Source: Methanobrevibacter sp. DSM 116169
GTDB lineage: Archaea; Methanobacteriota; Methanobacteria; Methanobacteriales; Methanobacteriaceae
Assembly (NCBI RefSeq): GCF_046197865.1
Contig: NZ_CP166990.1
Coordinates: forward strand, 169,000-200,999
Length of the DNA stretch: 32,000 bases
Direction of reading: 5' to 3'
The notes below the pieces were generated by a model, which worked only from the letters and a program-made list of their open reading frames with translations, was not told where the DNA came from and searched no databases. Position numbers and translations under genes: made by a program. Positions 1 to 9,381 of the stretch are shown here, piece by piece; positions within the stretch are counted from its first letter, which is position 1; every line of letters starts with the position of its first letter.

Positions 1-28
1 CACCTGTTCCAACTACTAAAACTTTCAT
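1..28 (-). CDS. 5' tip of a gene running off the left edge (N-terminus MKVLVVGTG..., Rossmann-type dinucleotide-binding start)
   Basis: Reverse complement of 1-28 reads ATG AAA GTT TTA GTA GTT GGA ACA GGT G. Only 9 codons are visible, so the product is not assignable. Confidence 0.3.
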
Positions 29-129
29 TATAATTCTCCATCAAAATATTACTTAGTGTTATGTTTATATAATTTTGATTATAAATATTATTATACTTTA
101 TAAAAAAATTGTAAAAATAGGTCGTTTAA

Positions 130-1824
130 ATGAAAGGTGGAGAAGCTATTATTAAATCTCTAAAAGAACAGGGAATAGATACTATATTTGGATATCCTGG
201 AGGACAAGTTATTCCTTTCTATGATATGTTATATGGTGATGATTTAAACCATATATTGGTAAGACATGAACAATGTGCTGCTCATGCTGCTGATGGATTT
301 GCTAGAGCATCCGGTAAGGTAGGTGTGTGTTTGGCAACATCTGGACCTGGTGCAACTAACCTTGTAACTGGAATTGCTACTGCACATATGGATTCTTCTC
401 CTATTATTGCTATTACAGGACAAGTTCCAACCCATTTAATTGGTAATGATGCTTTCCAAGAAGCAGATATTATGGGTATTACAATGCCTATTACAAAACA
501 TAGCTTCCAAATTAAAGATGCAGAATTAATTCCTTCCTTAATTAAAACTAGTTTTGATATTGCATCTAGTGGAAGGCCTGGGCCTGTTTTAATTGATGTT
601 CCAAAAGAAATGCAAGAAAAGGAACTTGATAATTATTCATATTCTTTAATTGAAACACCAGGATATAAACCAACTACAAAAGGTAATATCAAACAAATTA
701 GAAAAGCTTGTGATGAAATTAAATCTGCTAAAAAACCTATTATACTTGCAGGTGGAGGAATCATAATAGCTAATGCAGCAAAAGAATTAAATCAATTTGC
801 AAAAATGATTGATGCTCCAGTTATGACCACTTTACTTGGTAAAGGTGCAGTTGATGAAACTGAAGATTATTCTTTAGGTATGCTTGGAATGCATGGACGA
901 AAAGTAGCTAATTTGTCTGTTAATGAAAGTGATTGTTTAATAGCTATTGGTTGTAGATTCTCAGATAGAACTACTGGTAAAATTGATGAATTTGCACCAA
1001 ATTCTAAAGTTATTCATATTGATATTGATCCTGCTGAGATTGGAAAAAATATGCCAGTTGATATTCCTATTGTAGGTGATGCAAAAAATATATTAAATTC
1101 ATTAATTAAAGAATTAGGTTCATTTGATGGTAATGAACATTCTAAAAATTGGTTTAATACAATTAGTGCTTTAAAACATAAATATATTCCAAAAACAACT
1201 TATGGTCATTGTCCATTAAAACCTCAAGAAGTTATAAAAGAAATTACAGAAGCTATTGGGCCTGATTCTATTATGACAACAGATGTAGGTTTAAATCAAA
1301 TGTGGGCAGCTCATTTTCATGCCGCACAAAAACCTAGAAAATTCATCTCATCTGGTGGGCTTGGCACAATGGGATTCGGTTTTCCTGCAGCTATTGGTGC
1401 TAAAGTTGCATGTCCTGATAATCCAGTTATAGCTGTTACTGGTGATGGTGGATTTTTAATGGTTTGCCAAGAACTTGCAACTATTAAAGAATATGATATA
1501 CCTATAATCATTGCAATATTAAATAATAGAAAACTTGGTATGGTTTATCAATGGCAAAATTTACTTTATGATAAACGTTGCTCTGAAACAGATTTAGGTG
1601 AATCTCCTGATTTTGTTAAATTAGGTGAAAGTTTTGGAATAAATTCATTGAGAATTACTGATCCAAGTGAAACAAGAGAAGTAATAAGTAAGGCAGTTAA
1701 AGATAATGAATCTATTTTATTAGATATTATTGTTGATCAAGATGAATTTTTACCTATGATTCCACCAGGTGCTACTATTACTGAATATCTTGGTGAATAT
1801 AGACTTGAAAATGAGGATTTATGA
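130..1824 (+). CDS. ilvB: Acetolactate synthase (acetohydroxyacid synthase) large catalytic subunit, ThDP-dependent
   Basis: 564 aa. N-terminal Pyr domain (GYPGG...RHEQCAAHAADGFARASG). ThDP/Mg motif GDGGFLM-x-NN (GDGGFLMVCQELATIKEYDIPIIIAILNN). The ACT-domain small subunit starts 9 nt downstream. Confidence 0.95.
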   Translation: MKGGEAIIKSLKEQGIDTIFGYPGGQVIPFYDMLYGDDLNHILVRHEQCAAHAADGFARASGKVGVCLATSGPGATNLVTGIATAHMDSSPIIAITGQVPTHLIGNDAFQEADIMGITMPITKHSFQIKDAELIPSLIKTSFDIASSGRPGPVLIDVPKEMQEKELDNYSYSLIETPGYKPTTKGNIKQIRKACDEIKSAKKPIILAGGGIIIANAAKELNQFAKMIDAPVMTTLLGKGAVDETEDYSLGMLGMHGRKVANLSVNESDCLIAIGCRFSDRTTGKIDEFAPNSKVIHIDIDPAEIGKNMPVDIPIVGDAKNILNSLIKELGSFDGNEHSKNWFNTISALKHKYIPKTTYGHCPLKPQEVIKEITEAIGPDSIMTTDVGLNQMWAAHFHAAQKPRKFISSGGLGTMGFGFPAAIGAKVACPDNPVIAVTGDGGFLMVCQELATIKEYDIPIIIAILNNRKLGMVYQWQNLLYDKRCSETDLGESPDFVKLGESFGINSLRITDPSETREVISKAVKDNESILLDIIVDQDEFLPMIPPGATITEYLGEYRLENEDL

Positions 1825-1833
1825 GGGATTATT

Positions 1834-2319
1834 ATGGAAAGCCATGTTATTAGTACATTAGTTGAAAATAAGCCTGGAGTCTTACAAAAGGTTGCAAGTC
1901 TCTTTACAAGAAGAAGCTATAATATTGATAGTATAACTGTAGGCCAATCTGAAGTTGAAAACTTAGCTCGTATGGTTATTGTAGTTAATGGTAATGAACA
2001 AGTATTAGAACAAGTAACAAAACAACTCAATAAGTTAGTTGATGTTGTAAAAGTTAAAGATCTAGATCAAAAAACTTTAGTTAAAAGAGAATTATGTTTA
2101 ATTCAAGTTAAAGTAAATAATGAAAGTTCAAGATCAGAAATTATCCAATATGCAAATATCTATAATGGTGAAATTATTGATGTTTGTGATGAGAACATAA
2201 CATTAGAGGTTACTGGTAATCCTCAAAAAATAGATTCCTTAATTAATCTTTTAAAACACTACGGAATAATTAAAATAGCTAGGACTGGACCTACTGCAAT
2301 TTCCAGAGGAAATGGATAA
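1834..2319 (+). CDS. ilvN: Acetolactate synthase small (regulatory) subunit, ACT domain
   Basis: 161 aa. The N-terminal ACT signature HVISTLVENKPGVLQKVASLFTRRSYNIDSITVG is typical of IlvN/IlvH. Tightly coupled to ilvB. Confidence 0.9.
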   Translation: MESHVISTLVENKPGVLQKVASLFTRRSYNIDSITVGQSEVENLARMVIVVNGNEQVLEQVTKQLNKLVDVVKVKDLDQKTLVKRELCLIQVKVNNESSRSEIIQYANIYNGEIIDVCDENITLEVTGNPQKIDSLINLLKHYGIIKIARTGPTAISRGNG

Positions 2320-2330
2320 ATTAGAAAATT

Positions 2331-3719
2331 TTAATTTTCTACATTTCCATATTTTTTTATCATATCTTTTTTATAAGTGTTTAAGAATATTTTAGACCAA
2401 ATATAAGCTAGCACACAACCTAGACCACATCCAAATACTACTCCTATATACATTCCTACAACACCCCAACCAAATACTAGACCAAATAAATATGCGAATA
2501 TTGATTCAAATATTAATGATCTAAATACAGTTATTATAAGTGAAGTTAAACCTCTTCCAACACCTTGGAAAACCATTGAAGGAACAATACCTACAGGTAA
2601 TACTATTAAGAAAAATGCTAAATATCTTAAAGCTTCTGTTATTTGTCCTGTTAGAGCAGCACTTGTAGAGGTATATGTAAATATTGAAGCTATATGTGGT
2701 GCAAATATAAACATTATTCCTGCAAATAATAAAGATATTAAAATTCCTAAGATTATTGTATAGCTAAAACCTGTTTTTAGTTTATTATAATTATGTGAAC
2801 CATATGCTGCACCTGCTACAGTTAAAACAGCTGTGCCTAATCCCATCATTGGAATCATAAACATTTGTAAAATTCTCATAGCTGCAGTATATACTGCTAC
2901 TGCTACTGTTCCACCAGCTATAACTAGCATTGCATTCATTATAAGTCCTAAAATAGACATTACAAAATTTTCTGCAGTAGAGGGTATAGCTACTTTTAAA
3001 ATATCTTTCATTATAATCCATTTAAATTTAAATGATCTAAGGCTTAATGAGAGATATGTATCTTTTTTAACCCAAATCCAATATGCAAGTACAATACAAG
3101 CTATTAATGCTGATAATATTGTAGCTATTGCAGCTCCTGCCATTCCCATATTTAATGTATATATAAAAATTGGATCAATTATTATATTTAAAATTGCAGT
3201 TATTGCCATTGCATTCATAGCTCTTTTGACATCTCCTTCAGATCTTAAAATAGCTGAAGCTACTGATGAGAATAAAATTACAAATACAAAACCAAATACA
3301 ATATATCCATAATCAAGTCCTGCTTGTGTTGCTTGGCCTGCACCCATTAATAATAGTATATTCTCTAAAAAAGGAAGTAAAACTATTGGGGCGATAATTG
3401 ATATGATAATTGTAAAAATTATTGCATGTACTGCTGCATTATCTGCTGTTTTTTTATCTTTAGCTCCAATTGATCTTGCAATTAATGAATTAGCTCCTGC
3501 ACCAATTCCATTTCCAAGACCAATAACAACCATGAATAATGGTGTAATAAATCCTAGTGCAGCTAGTGCATTTGAACCAAGCCCAGCTACCCATATACTG
3601 TCTGCTAAATTATATGCCATAATAAGAAACATTGAAACCATCATTGGCCATGCTAATGTTCTTATTGCTTTTTTTGGATCTCCTGTTATTAAATCGATAT
3701 TAGAATTATTATTAGACAT
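2331..3719 (-). CDS. MATE family efflux transporter
   Basis: 462 aa, about 12 hydrophobic helices in a two-fold repeat architecture. N-terminus ([22 protein letters not shown]...[12 protein letters not shown]) is typical of MatE/NorM-like proteins. Confidence 0.85.
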   Translation of the reverse strand: MSNNNSNIDLITGDPKKAIRTLAWPMMVSMFLIMAYNLADSIWVAGLGSNALAALGFITPLFMVVIGLGNGIGAGANSLIARSIGAKDKKTADNAAVHAIIFTIIISIIAPIVLLPFLENILLLMGAGQATQAGLDYGYIVFGFVFVILFSSVASAILRSEGDVKRAMNAMAITAILNIIIDPIFIYTLNMGMAGAAIATILSALIACIVLAYWIWVKKDTYLSLSLRSFKFKWIIMKDILKVAIPSTAENFVMSILGLIMNAMLVIAGGTVAVAVYTAAMRILQMFMIPMMGLGTAVLTVAGAAYGSHNYNKLKTGFSYTIILGILISLLFAGIMFIFAPHIASIFTYTSTSAALTGQITEALRYLAFFLIVLPVGIVPSMVFQGVGRGLTSLIITVFRSLIFESIFAYLFGLVFGWGVVGMYIGVVFGCGLGCVLAYIWSKIFLNTYKKDMIKKYGNVEN

Positions 3720-3995
3720 TATTCACCTGTAAAATTTATAAATAATTATTTTAAAAAGTGTTTTCAACAAATTAAATATTAAAAAAATAGAAAAATAAAT
3801 AAAAATTATCCTATTCAAAATTAAATTATATTAATATAAAATTTGTTTTTTAGAATATATAATACTTTTCTTATTTTCAGATTTTTATAAAATTAATATA
3901 ATATAAGGTCAATTTCAACAACTTTTATTAATTACAAAAACAATAATTACTAACATATATTATTTTTATGAATTAATTTCTAAGGAGAATAAAAA

Positions 3996-4985
3996 ATGAA
4001 AATGTATTATGATAAAGATGTTGATGAAAATGCTGTTAAAGATAAAACAATAGCTGTTATTGGTTATGGTAGTCAAGGGAGAGCTCAATCTAGAAACATG
4101 GCAGATAGCGGATTAAACGTTATAGTAGGCCTTAGAAAAGATGGTTCTTCATGGAAATTAGCTGAAAAAGATGGAATGAATGTTAAAACCATTGAAGATG
4201 CTTCCAAAGAAGCAGATATAATTCATATTTTATTGCCTGATGAAATTCAAGAAAGAGTTTACACAGAACAAATTGAACCTTATATTGAAGATGGAAACAC
4301 TTTATCCTTCTCACATGGATATAATATTCACTTTGGATTAATTAATCCAAGTGAAAATGTTAATATTATAATGTTTGCACCTAAAGGTCCTGGATCCATG
4401 GTTAGAAGAACTTATGAAGAAGGTTTTGGAATCCCTGGACTTGTAGCTATTGAACAAGATGCAACTGGAGATGCATTACAACTTGCATTAGGAATGGCAA
4501 AAGCTACTGGTTTAACTAAAGCAGGAGTACTTGAGACAACATTTAAAGAAGAAACTGAAACAGATCTTTTTGGTGAACAGGCTGTTCTTTGTGGTGGTAT
4601 TACAGAGCTTATCAATTCAGGTTTTGAAACTTTAGTTGAAGCTGGATATCAACCAGAAATTGCTTACTTTGAAACATGCCATGAAGTTAAACTTATTGTA
4701 GATTTAATTTATGAAAAAGGTTTTGAAGGAATGTGGAATGATGTTAGTAATACTGCAGAATATGGTGGATTAACTAGAAGAAACACAGTTATTACTGATG
4801 AAGCTAAAGAAGGTATGAGACAAGTATTAAAAGATATTCAAGATGGAACATTTAAAAAACAATGGGCTGATGAGAATAAAACTGATGGAGCTAATTTAAA
4901 AGAAATGAGATCTGCAGAAGGAGCTAAAGATATTGAAAAAGTCGGTAAAGGACTTAGAAAAGCTTGTGGATTACAAAAAGATTAA
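3996..4985 (+). CDS. ilvC: Ketol-acid reductoisomerase (class I KARI)
   Basis: 329 aa. Rossmann motif [16 protein letters not shown], plus [11 protein letters not shown] and the C-terminal knotted domain. SD AAGGAGA lies 7 nt upstream of the ATG. Confidence 0.95.
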   Translation: MKMYYDKDVDENAVKDKTIAVIGYGSQGRAQSRNMADSGLNVIVGLRKDGSSWKLAEKDGMNVKTIEDASKEADIIHILLPDEIQERVYTEQIEPYIEDGNTLSFSHGYNIHFGLINPSENVNIIMFAPKGPGSMVRRTYEEGFGIPGLVAIEQDATGDALQLALGMAKATGLTKAGVLETTFKEETETDLFGEQAVLCGGITELINSGFETLVEAGYQPEIAYFETCHEVKLIVDLIYEKGFEGMWNDVSNTAEYGGLTRRNTVITDEAKEGMRQVLKDIQDGTFKKQWADENKTDGANLKEMRSAEGAKDIEKVGKGLRKACGLQKD

Positions 4986-4990
4986 ATTAA

Positions 4991-5019
4991 CTTCTCTTTT
5001 TTTATTTTTTTATTTTTTT
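4991..5019 (+). terminator. Oligo-T tract downstream of ilvC (archaeal-type termination signal)
   Basis: CTTCTCTTTTTTTATTTTTTTATTTTTTT begins 6 nt after the ilvC stop. Confidence 0.45.
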
Positions 5020-5170
5020 AAAATCAAAATTATTATAATAATAGCTAATTTTTATTAAACAGATTTATTTCTTTTTTATTCGATAATTTATCCAATATTA
5101 TTAAGTTTATAGCTAAAATAACTTCTATATTTAAATATTTTCTAAATTATAATGATATTCGTGATTAAAT

Positions 5171-5359
5171 ATGACTTGTACAACAAAAATATCTAAATAT
5201 AATAAAACCACAATACCTCCAAAAATAGTTAAAAAATACAATTTACAAGCTGGAGATACAATAATTTGGAATAGAATTGATAATTATAAAATAGAATTAG
5301 AATTTATTAAAAAATCTGAATTTGAAGAATTCTCAAACAAAATCAATGATGGTGTTTAA
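5171..5359 (+). CDS. AbrB/SpoVT (MazE-like) swapped-hairpin DNA-binding protein, stand-alone
   Basis: 62 aa. The TTIPPKIVKKYNLQAGDTIIWNRIDNYKIELEF pattern (tIPkeiRkklgl.pGD.l) is typical of SpoVT/AbrB domains. Confidence 0.6.
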   Translation: MTCTTKISKYNKTTIPPKIVKKYNLQAGDTIIWNRIDNYKIELEFIKKSEFEEFSNKINDGV

Positions 5360-5504
5360 AATAGTATAATATTAATTTATTAGTAAAAAATAATTTTTGA
5401 TTTAAAATTAAAAATTATTTACTTTTTTTATAAAATATTTCATTAAAATGAATACTTTTAAATATTAAGAAATTATTAATTTATAGTTGTATGTCATTTT
5501 AGAT

Positions 5505-5529
5505 TAGAATGATTTTTATATTCATTCTA
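5505..5529. promoter_or_regulatory. 8-bp inverted repeat bracketing a TATA-like box upstream of the antiporter gene
   Basis: TAGAATGA-TTTTTATAT-TCATTCTA lies about 45 nt upstream of the TTG start at 5571. The arms are perfect reverse complements. Confidence 0.35.
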
Positions 5530-5570
5530 TGGGGATTATTTTTAAAAAACATGGGCGTTGATGTGGTAAA

Positions 5571-6803
5571 TTGGAAAGTATTATATTTAATTTAGGTATT
5601 ATTTTAGTATTAGGAATAATAACAATCAAATTATTAAATAGACTTAAAGTTCCTTCCTTTTTAGGATTTTTACTTATAGGTATTGTCTTAGGTCCTTTTG
5701 GATTAAACATGATTGACGATGCCTTTTTAGGTTTAAGCCAAGAAATATCGACGCTAGCTATTGTTATTTTACTTATTAGAGCAGGATTAGGATTAAACAG
5801 ACAAGCTATTAGTAAAGTAGGTCGTCCTGCTGTTGAAATGAGTTGTATTCCATCAATTGTTGAAGGATTATCTGTAATGGTAATAGCTCATTATATTTTA
5901 GGGATTTCATTTATAGAAGCAGGAATGTTAGGTTTTATTTTAGCTTCAGTATCTCCTGCTGTACTTGTACCAAGAATGCTTGATTTTATAAGACGTGGAT
6001 ATGGTACTAAAAAAGGAATACCATCACTTCTTCTTGCAGGTTCAGCTGCAGATGATGTAGTAGCTATTACTATATTTTCAGCATTTTTAGGAATGTATGG
6101 AGGATCAAATATCAATGTAGCTGGAGATATCATTGGAATTCCAATATCAATTATATTAGGAATATTAATAGGTGCTGTTTTTGGTTTAGGAATACTATTT
6201 ATATTCAAAAAATGGGATTTCTCAAGTACAGAAAAATTACTCATTGTATTATCAATTGGTATTTTATTAAATTCATTTGGTGAATTGGTTGAAAATTATA
6301 TTCCTGTTGCAGGCCTTGTTGGTGTAATGGTTGTAGGATTTTTAATTGTTGATAAACTACCAAAAATTGGAAAAGAATTATCAGATAAGTTCTCACATAT
6401 ATGGTTCTTTGCAGAAATTATTGTCTTCTGTTTATTAGGTGCTCAAATACAATTAAACATTATTCCTGAAATATTTGTTCCTGGAATGATAATTATTACA
6501 TTAGGTTTAGGTGCAAGAGCAATTGGAGTATTTATTTCCCTTTTAGGCACAGGATTAAATCATAAAGAAAAACTATTTTGTATGGTATCTTATATTCCTA
6601 AAGCTAATGCTCAAGCTACAATAGGAAGTTTACCTTTAGCTGCAGGAGTTGCATCAGGTGAAATTATTTTAGCTATAACAGGTATTGCTATTATTTATAC
6701 TGCACCAGTTGGAGCAATTTTAATTGAATACTTTGGTCCTAAATTAATGTCTCATGATGAAGCAGAAGAAACAGAAGAAGAAAACGAAGGAGTTTATGCA
6801 TAA
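5571..6803 (+). CDS. Cation:proton antiporter (Na+/H+ exchanger, CPA family)
   Basis: 410 aa, about 11-12 TM helices. N-terminus LGIILVLGIITIKLLNRLKVPSFLGFLLIGIVLGPFGLN is typical of CPA1/CPA2 transporters. Acidic cytoplasmic tail. Apparent TTG start, the first in-frame start after a stop. Confidence 0.85.
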   Translation: MESIIFNLGIILVLGIITIKLLNRLKVPSFLGFLLIGIVLGPFGLNMIDDAFLGLSQEISTLAIVILLIRAGLGLNRQAISKVGRPAVEMSCIPSIVEGLSVMVIAHYILGISFIEAGMLGFILASVSPAVLVPRMLDFIRRGYGTKKGIPSLLLAGSAADDVVAITIFSAFLGMYGGSNINVAGDIIGIPISIILGILIGAVFGLGILFIFKKWDFSSTEKLLIVLSIGILLNSFGELVENYIPVAGLVGVMVVGFLIVDKLPKIGKELSDKFSHIWFFAEIIVFCLLGAQIQLNIIPEIFVPGMIIITLGLGARAIGVFISLLGTGLNHKEKLFCMVSYIPKANAQATIGSLPLAAGVASGEIILAITGIAIIYTAPVGAILIEYFGPKLMSHDEAEETEEENEGVYA

Positions 6804-6864
6804 ACTCATTTTGTCAATTTAAAATTAATATTAAATGTGCTGATGAAAAAGAAATAGATAAGTA

Positions 6865-7830
6865 TTAGGGATATACCCATTTATATTTTTTTGCTTGAGT
6901 ATTTTTATTTTTATAAAAAACCAACATTCCTTCTTTTTTATTATATAAATCAGCATTTTTTGTAATTATTATTTCACTAAATATTCCAAATATATAAATA
7001 TCCAGTTTTTGAATATTATTTTCAGGAATTCTAAAAATAATAGCATGTATTACTTCCCATTCATCATCACCTTCATTAAACTTAATTTTATTCATGTTAC
7101 TTATTGTATTTTCTGTCATGAGGTAAAATAAGGGATTATATTTTTTTTCAAATCCATTTATGGACAATTTAGAAAGTAATACTTTGTTAATATCCTCACC
7201 GATAATATCATCTAAATATTTGCTCCCATAATAATCTGTGGCTATTTCATAAGCAATTTTCAAAATAAGTTTTTTCATTTCGGGTCTTAAAACATCATCT
7301 TCTCCATCTTTAATAAAAAATTCTTTACCATCATTAGTTTTAATTTCCTGATTATTAAAATGCTTTTTCAGTATTTCTTCATTATCTTTAGATAATGTTT
7401 TATCTATTTTACTAAATTCTTTTTTAATAAAAGGTTTAACATATTCCCAAGACATTGATGCATCTGTAATGTTAATGTGAAATCTATTGTTTCCATATTT
7501 TTCAATTTTTACTAATGGGGCCATATAAATTTCGCCATTTTTATTTATTTTAAAGATTAAAGGAATACCTGTATTAGATTCGATTATTTCTCCGTCTTTA
7601 ATTAAATTTCTGTATTTTTTATGTCTTGATTTAATTTTATATAGTCCATTTAAAGTATCAAATAAATCTCCTTTAATTTTAGACTCGATTGTATCAGACA
7701 AATGGATGTTGCATTCTTCACATAAGTTATGTATTGTATAAGACCCACCTAATGTTTTAGGGATGATATGTTCTGAATTAAAATTAGTTTTTTCTTTTTT
7801 GCACAATATACATTTTTTATTATTAACCAT
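6865..7830 (-). CDS. HNH endonuclease with about 250-aa uncharacterised C-terminal domain
   Basis: 321 aa. The N-terminal 45 aa carry a complete HNH/zinc motif: C-ILC...SEH-IIPK...GG...HNL-CEEC-N-IH. I do not recognise the remainder. Confidence 0.7.
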   Translation of the reverse strand: MVNNKKCILCKKEKTNFNSEHIIPKTLGGSYTIHNLCEECNIHLSDTIESKIKGDLFDTLNGLYKIKSRHKKYRNLIKDGEIIESNTGIPLIFKINKNGEIYMAPLVKIEKYGNNRFHINITDASMSWEYVKPFIKKEFSKIDKTLSKDNEEILKKHFNNQEIKTNDGKEFFIKDGEDDVLRPEMKKLILKIAYEIATDYYGSKYLDDIIGEDINKVLLSKLSINGFEKKYNPLFYLMTENTISNMNKIKFNEGDDEWEVIHAIIFRIPENNIQKLDIYIFGIFSEIIITKNADLYNKKEGMLVFYKNKNTQAKKYKWVYP

Positions 7831-8040
7831 ATTGTATTACAATATATATTTGATTATATATTATAGTTTATTTTTTCTTATTGTACTTTTTTAATTTCTT
7901 CTAGTGTATATATGAAAGAAAATTTTAGCCATCTATTTTTTTAATTAAAATTAAATGATTTTGTGTTCTTATTTTTATCAGTATTTATGTATTTTCTGTT
8001 TGTATTTTAAAAATACATTTTTATAATTTTTTAAAATTAG

Positions 8041-9184
8041 TTTAAAGGGTTGTTCAGTCCATAATTATATATAAGATGAGTTACAAAGTATAATTGGCGA
8101 TTATAATGAAACATCACCTTAATTATGTAAAGAACGACCCAAATTATATTTTATTAGATAAAATATTTAAAATTATCGATTGCACAAATAGTCAGAAAAT
8201 AATGGCTTCATATGGTATTAAAAACATTAATTTGTTCATTTTATGTTTAAAAATTATTTTTACAGGTTTATTTTTTGATTTAGATATTAATTTCATTGTT
8301 AATGATTTAAATAATAGTTTAGAACTCAGACAATTCTTTAATATTAGTAGTGTTCCTAAAACAAGTCAGATTTATAACTTTTTTGGAAAAATTTCTGAGG
8401 ATCAAATTCTTGAAATTACAAATAGGATATTAAAAACATTTAAATTACATCGTAGAAATAGAAAAATGACTTATATTATTGATGCAACTCCCGTAGACTT
8501 AAATTTTAATGTTAAAAGAAAAAAAAGAAGTAAAGAACATTTAAAATCACTTGATCTGAAATGGAGTTATTCAAGCTCGCAAGGTTTTTATATTGGATTT
8601 AAAGCAACAGTAGTGATAGAATATGAATCTGCAATACCTGTTGCTATTTTAATACATTCTGGAGCAAAACACGATACAAAAATATTTGATGAAATATTAC
8701 AAGAACTAAAAAGAAGACGTTTATTAAAAAAAGAAGATACAATAATATTTGATAAAGGATATTACAGCTACAATAATTATATTCATGGAATTGCAAAGTA
8801 CAACATTGTCCCTTTCATTTTTCCAAAAGGAAACATTAAAATAGAAAAATTAGAAGGGTTATTATCCTATCCATTAGACATCTATTCAAAAAATAAAGAC
8901 ACAAAAAAGCTCAAAAAGTCTTACAAAAACAATGCCAAAAAATTAATCCAATTAATCAAAAAATGGAAACAATATAAACCAATAAGAGGAAAAATCGAAG
9001 ATTTTTTTAAATTATGCAAACAAGGATTACATTTAAAGAAAATAAACAAATATACACCAAAATCAGTGAAAAAAATCACAATCTTAGGAGTATTTTTAGC
9101 AGGACTAATTACAACAATCGGTTATAACAAAAAAACAGACCTACAAACTCTTTCAGAATCATAAAAAAAATAGACCCCTAAAAA
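8041..9184 (+). mobile_element. Putative insertion sequence (single DDE transposase ORF); ends uncertain
   Basis: Single transposase ORF between unrelated genes. Only a weak candidate terminal inverted repeat was found: TTTAAAGGGTTG (8041) versus the reverse complement of TAGACCCCTAAAAAT (9170-9184), about 9/15 matches. Confidence 0.4.
8094..9164 (+). CDS. DDE transposase, IS4/IS5-like (DDE_Tnp_1-type)
   Basis: 356 aa. Candidate catalytic triad YIIDATPVD ... IIFDKGYYS ... RGKIEDFFKLCKQ. The ORF track starts at TTG 8094; ATG at 8106 (MKHHL...) is an equally plausible start. Confidence 0.8.
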   Translation: MAIIMKHHLNYVKNDPNYILLDKIFKIIDCTNSQKIMASYGIKNINLFILCLKIIFTGLFFDLDINFIVNDLNNSLELRQFFNISSVPKTSQIYNFFGKISEDQILEITNRILKTFKLHRRNRKMTYIIDATPVDLNFNVKRKKRSKEHLKSLDLKWSYSSSQGFYIGFKATVVIEYESAIPVAILIHSGAKHDTKIFDEILQELKRRRLLKKEDTIIFDKGYYSYNNYIHGIAKYNIVPFIFPKGNIKIEKLEGLLSYPLDIYSKNKDTKKLKKSYKNNAKKLIQLIKKWKQYKPIRGKIEDFFKLCKQGLHLKKINKYTPKSVKKITILGVFLAGLITTIGYNKKTDLQTLSES

Positions 9185-9359
9185 TTTACTCTAAAGAAAT
9201 TTTTTTTATGTGTATATTTTAAAGTTTTGTTTTAATATTTATAATATATTCTAAATATTTAACAGTCCTTAAATAACCTCAGAAAAAAATCATAATATAA
9301 AAAAAACATAATGAATGTAATTAAACATTATTCAAAAGATATTTGTCCTTTGTAATGAT

Positions 9360-9381
9360 GTGAGTTTATGCATAAACACAC
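9360..9381 (-). terminator. 22-bp near-perfect palindrome abutting the stop codon of the Mur-type ligase
   Basis: GTGAGTTTATGCATAAACACAC. The core GTTTATGCATAAAC (9364-9377) is its own reverse complement. No T-run follows on the - strand, so it could instead be a protein-binding site. Confidence 0.3.

Noticed and set aside
2791-3732. ORFs at 2791-3021(-), 2833-3312(+) and 3403-3732(+) inside the MATE gene. Similar shadow ORFs occur at 244-435, 1317-1511, 4412-4615, 5522-5710, 5891-6244, 10309-10497, 11870-12064, 12441-12635, 16212-16421, 27777-27992 and 28368-28583.
   Set aside because: They are alternative-frame or antisense shadows of well-supported genes, with biased low-complexity composition and no independent start signals.
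8054-9267. CAGTCC direct repeat (8054-8059 and 9262-9267) as target-site duplication of the IS.
   Set aside because: The sequences just inside these positions show no inverted-repeat relationship. A 6-mer match is weak evidence, so the IS boundaries are left uncertain.
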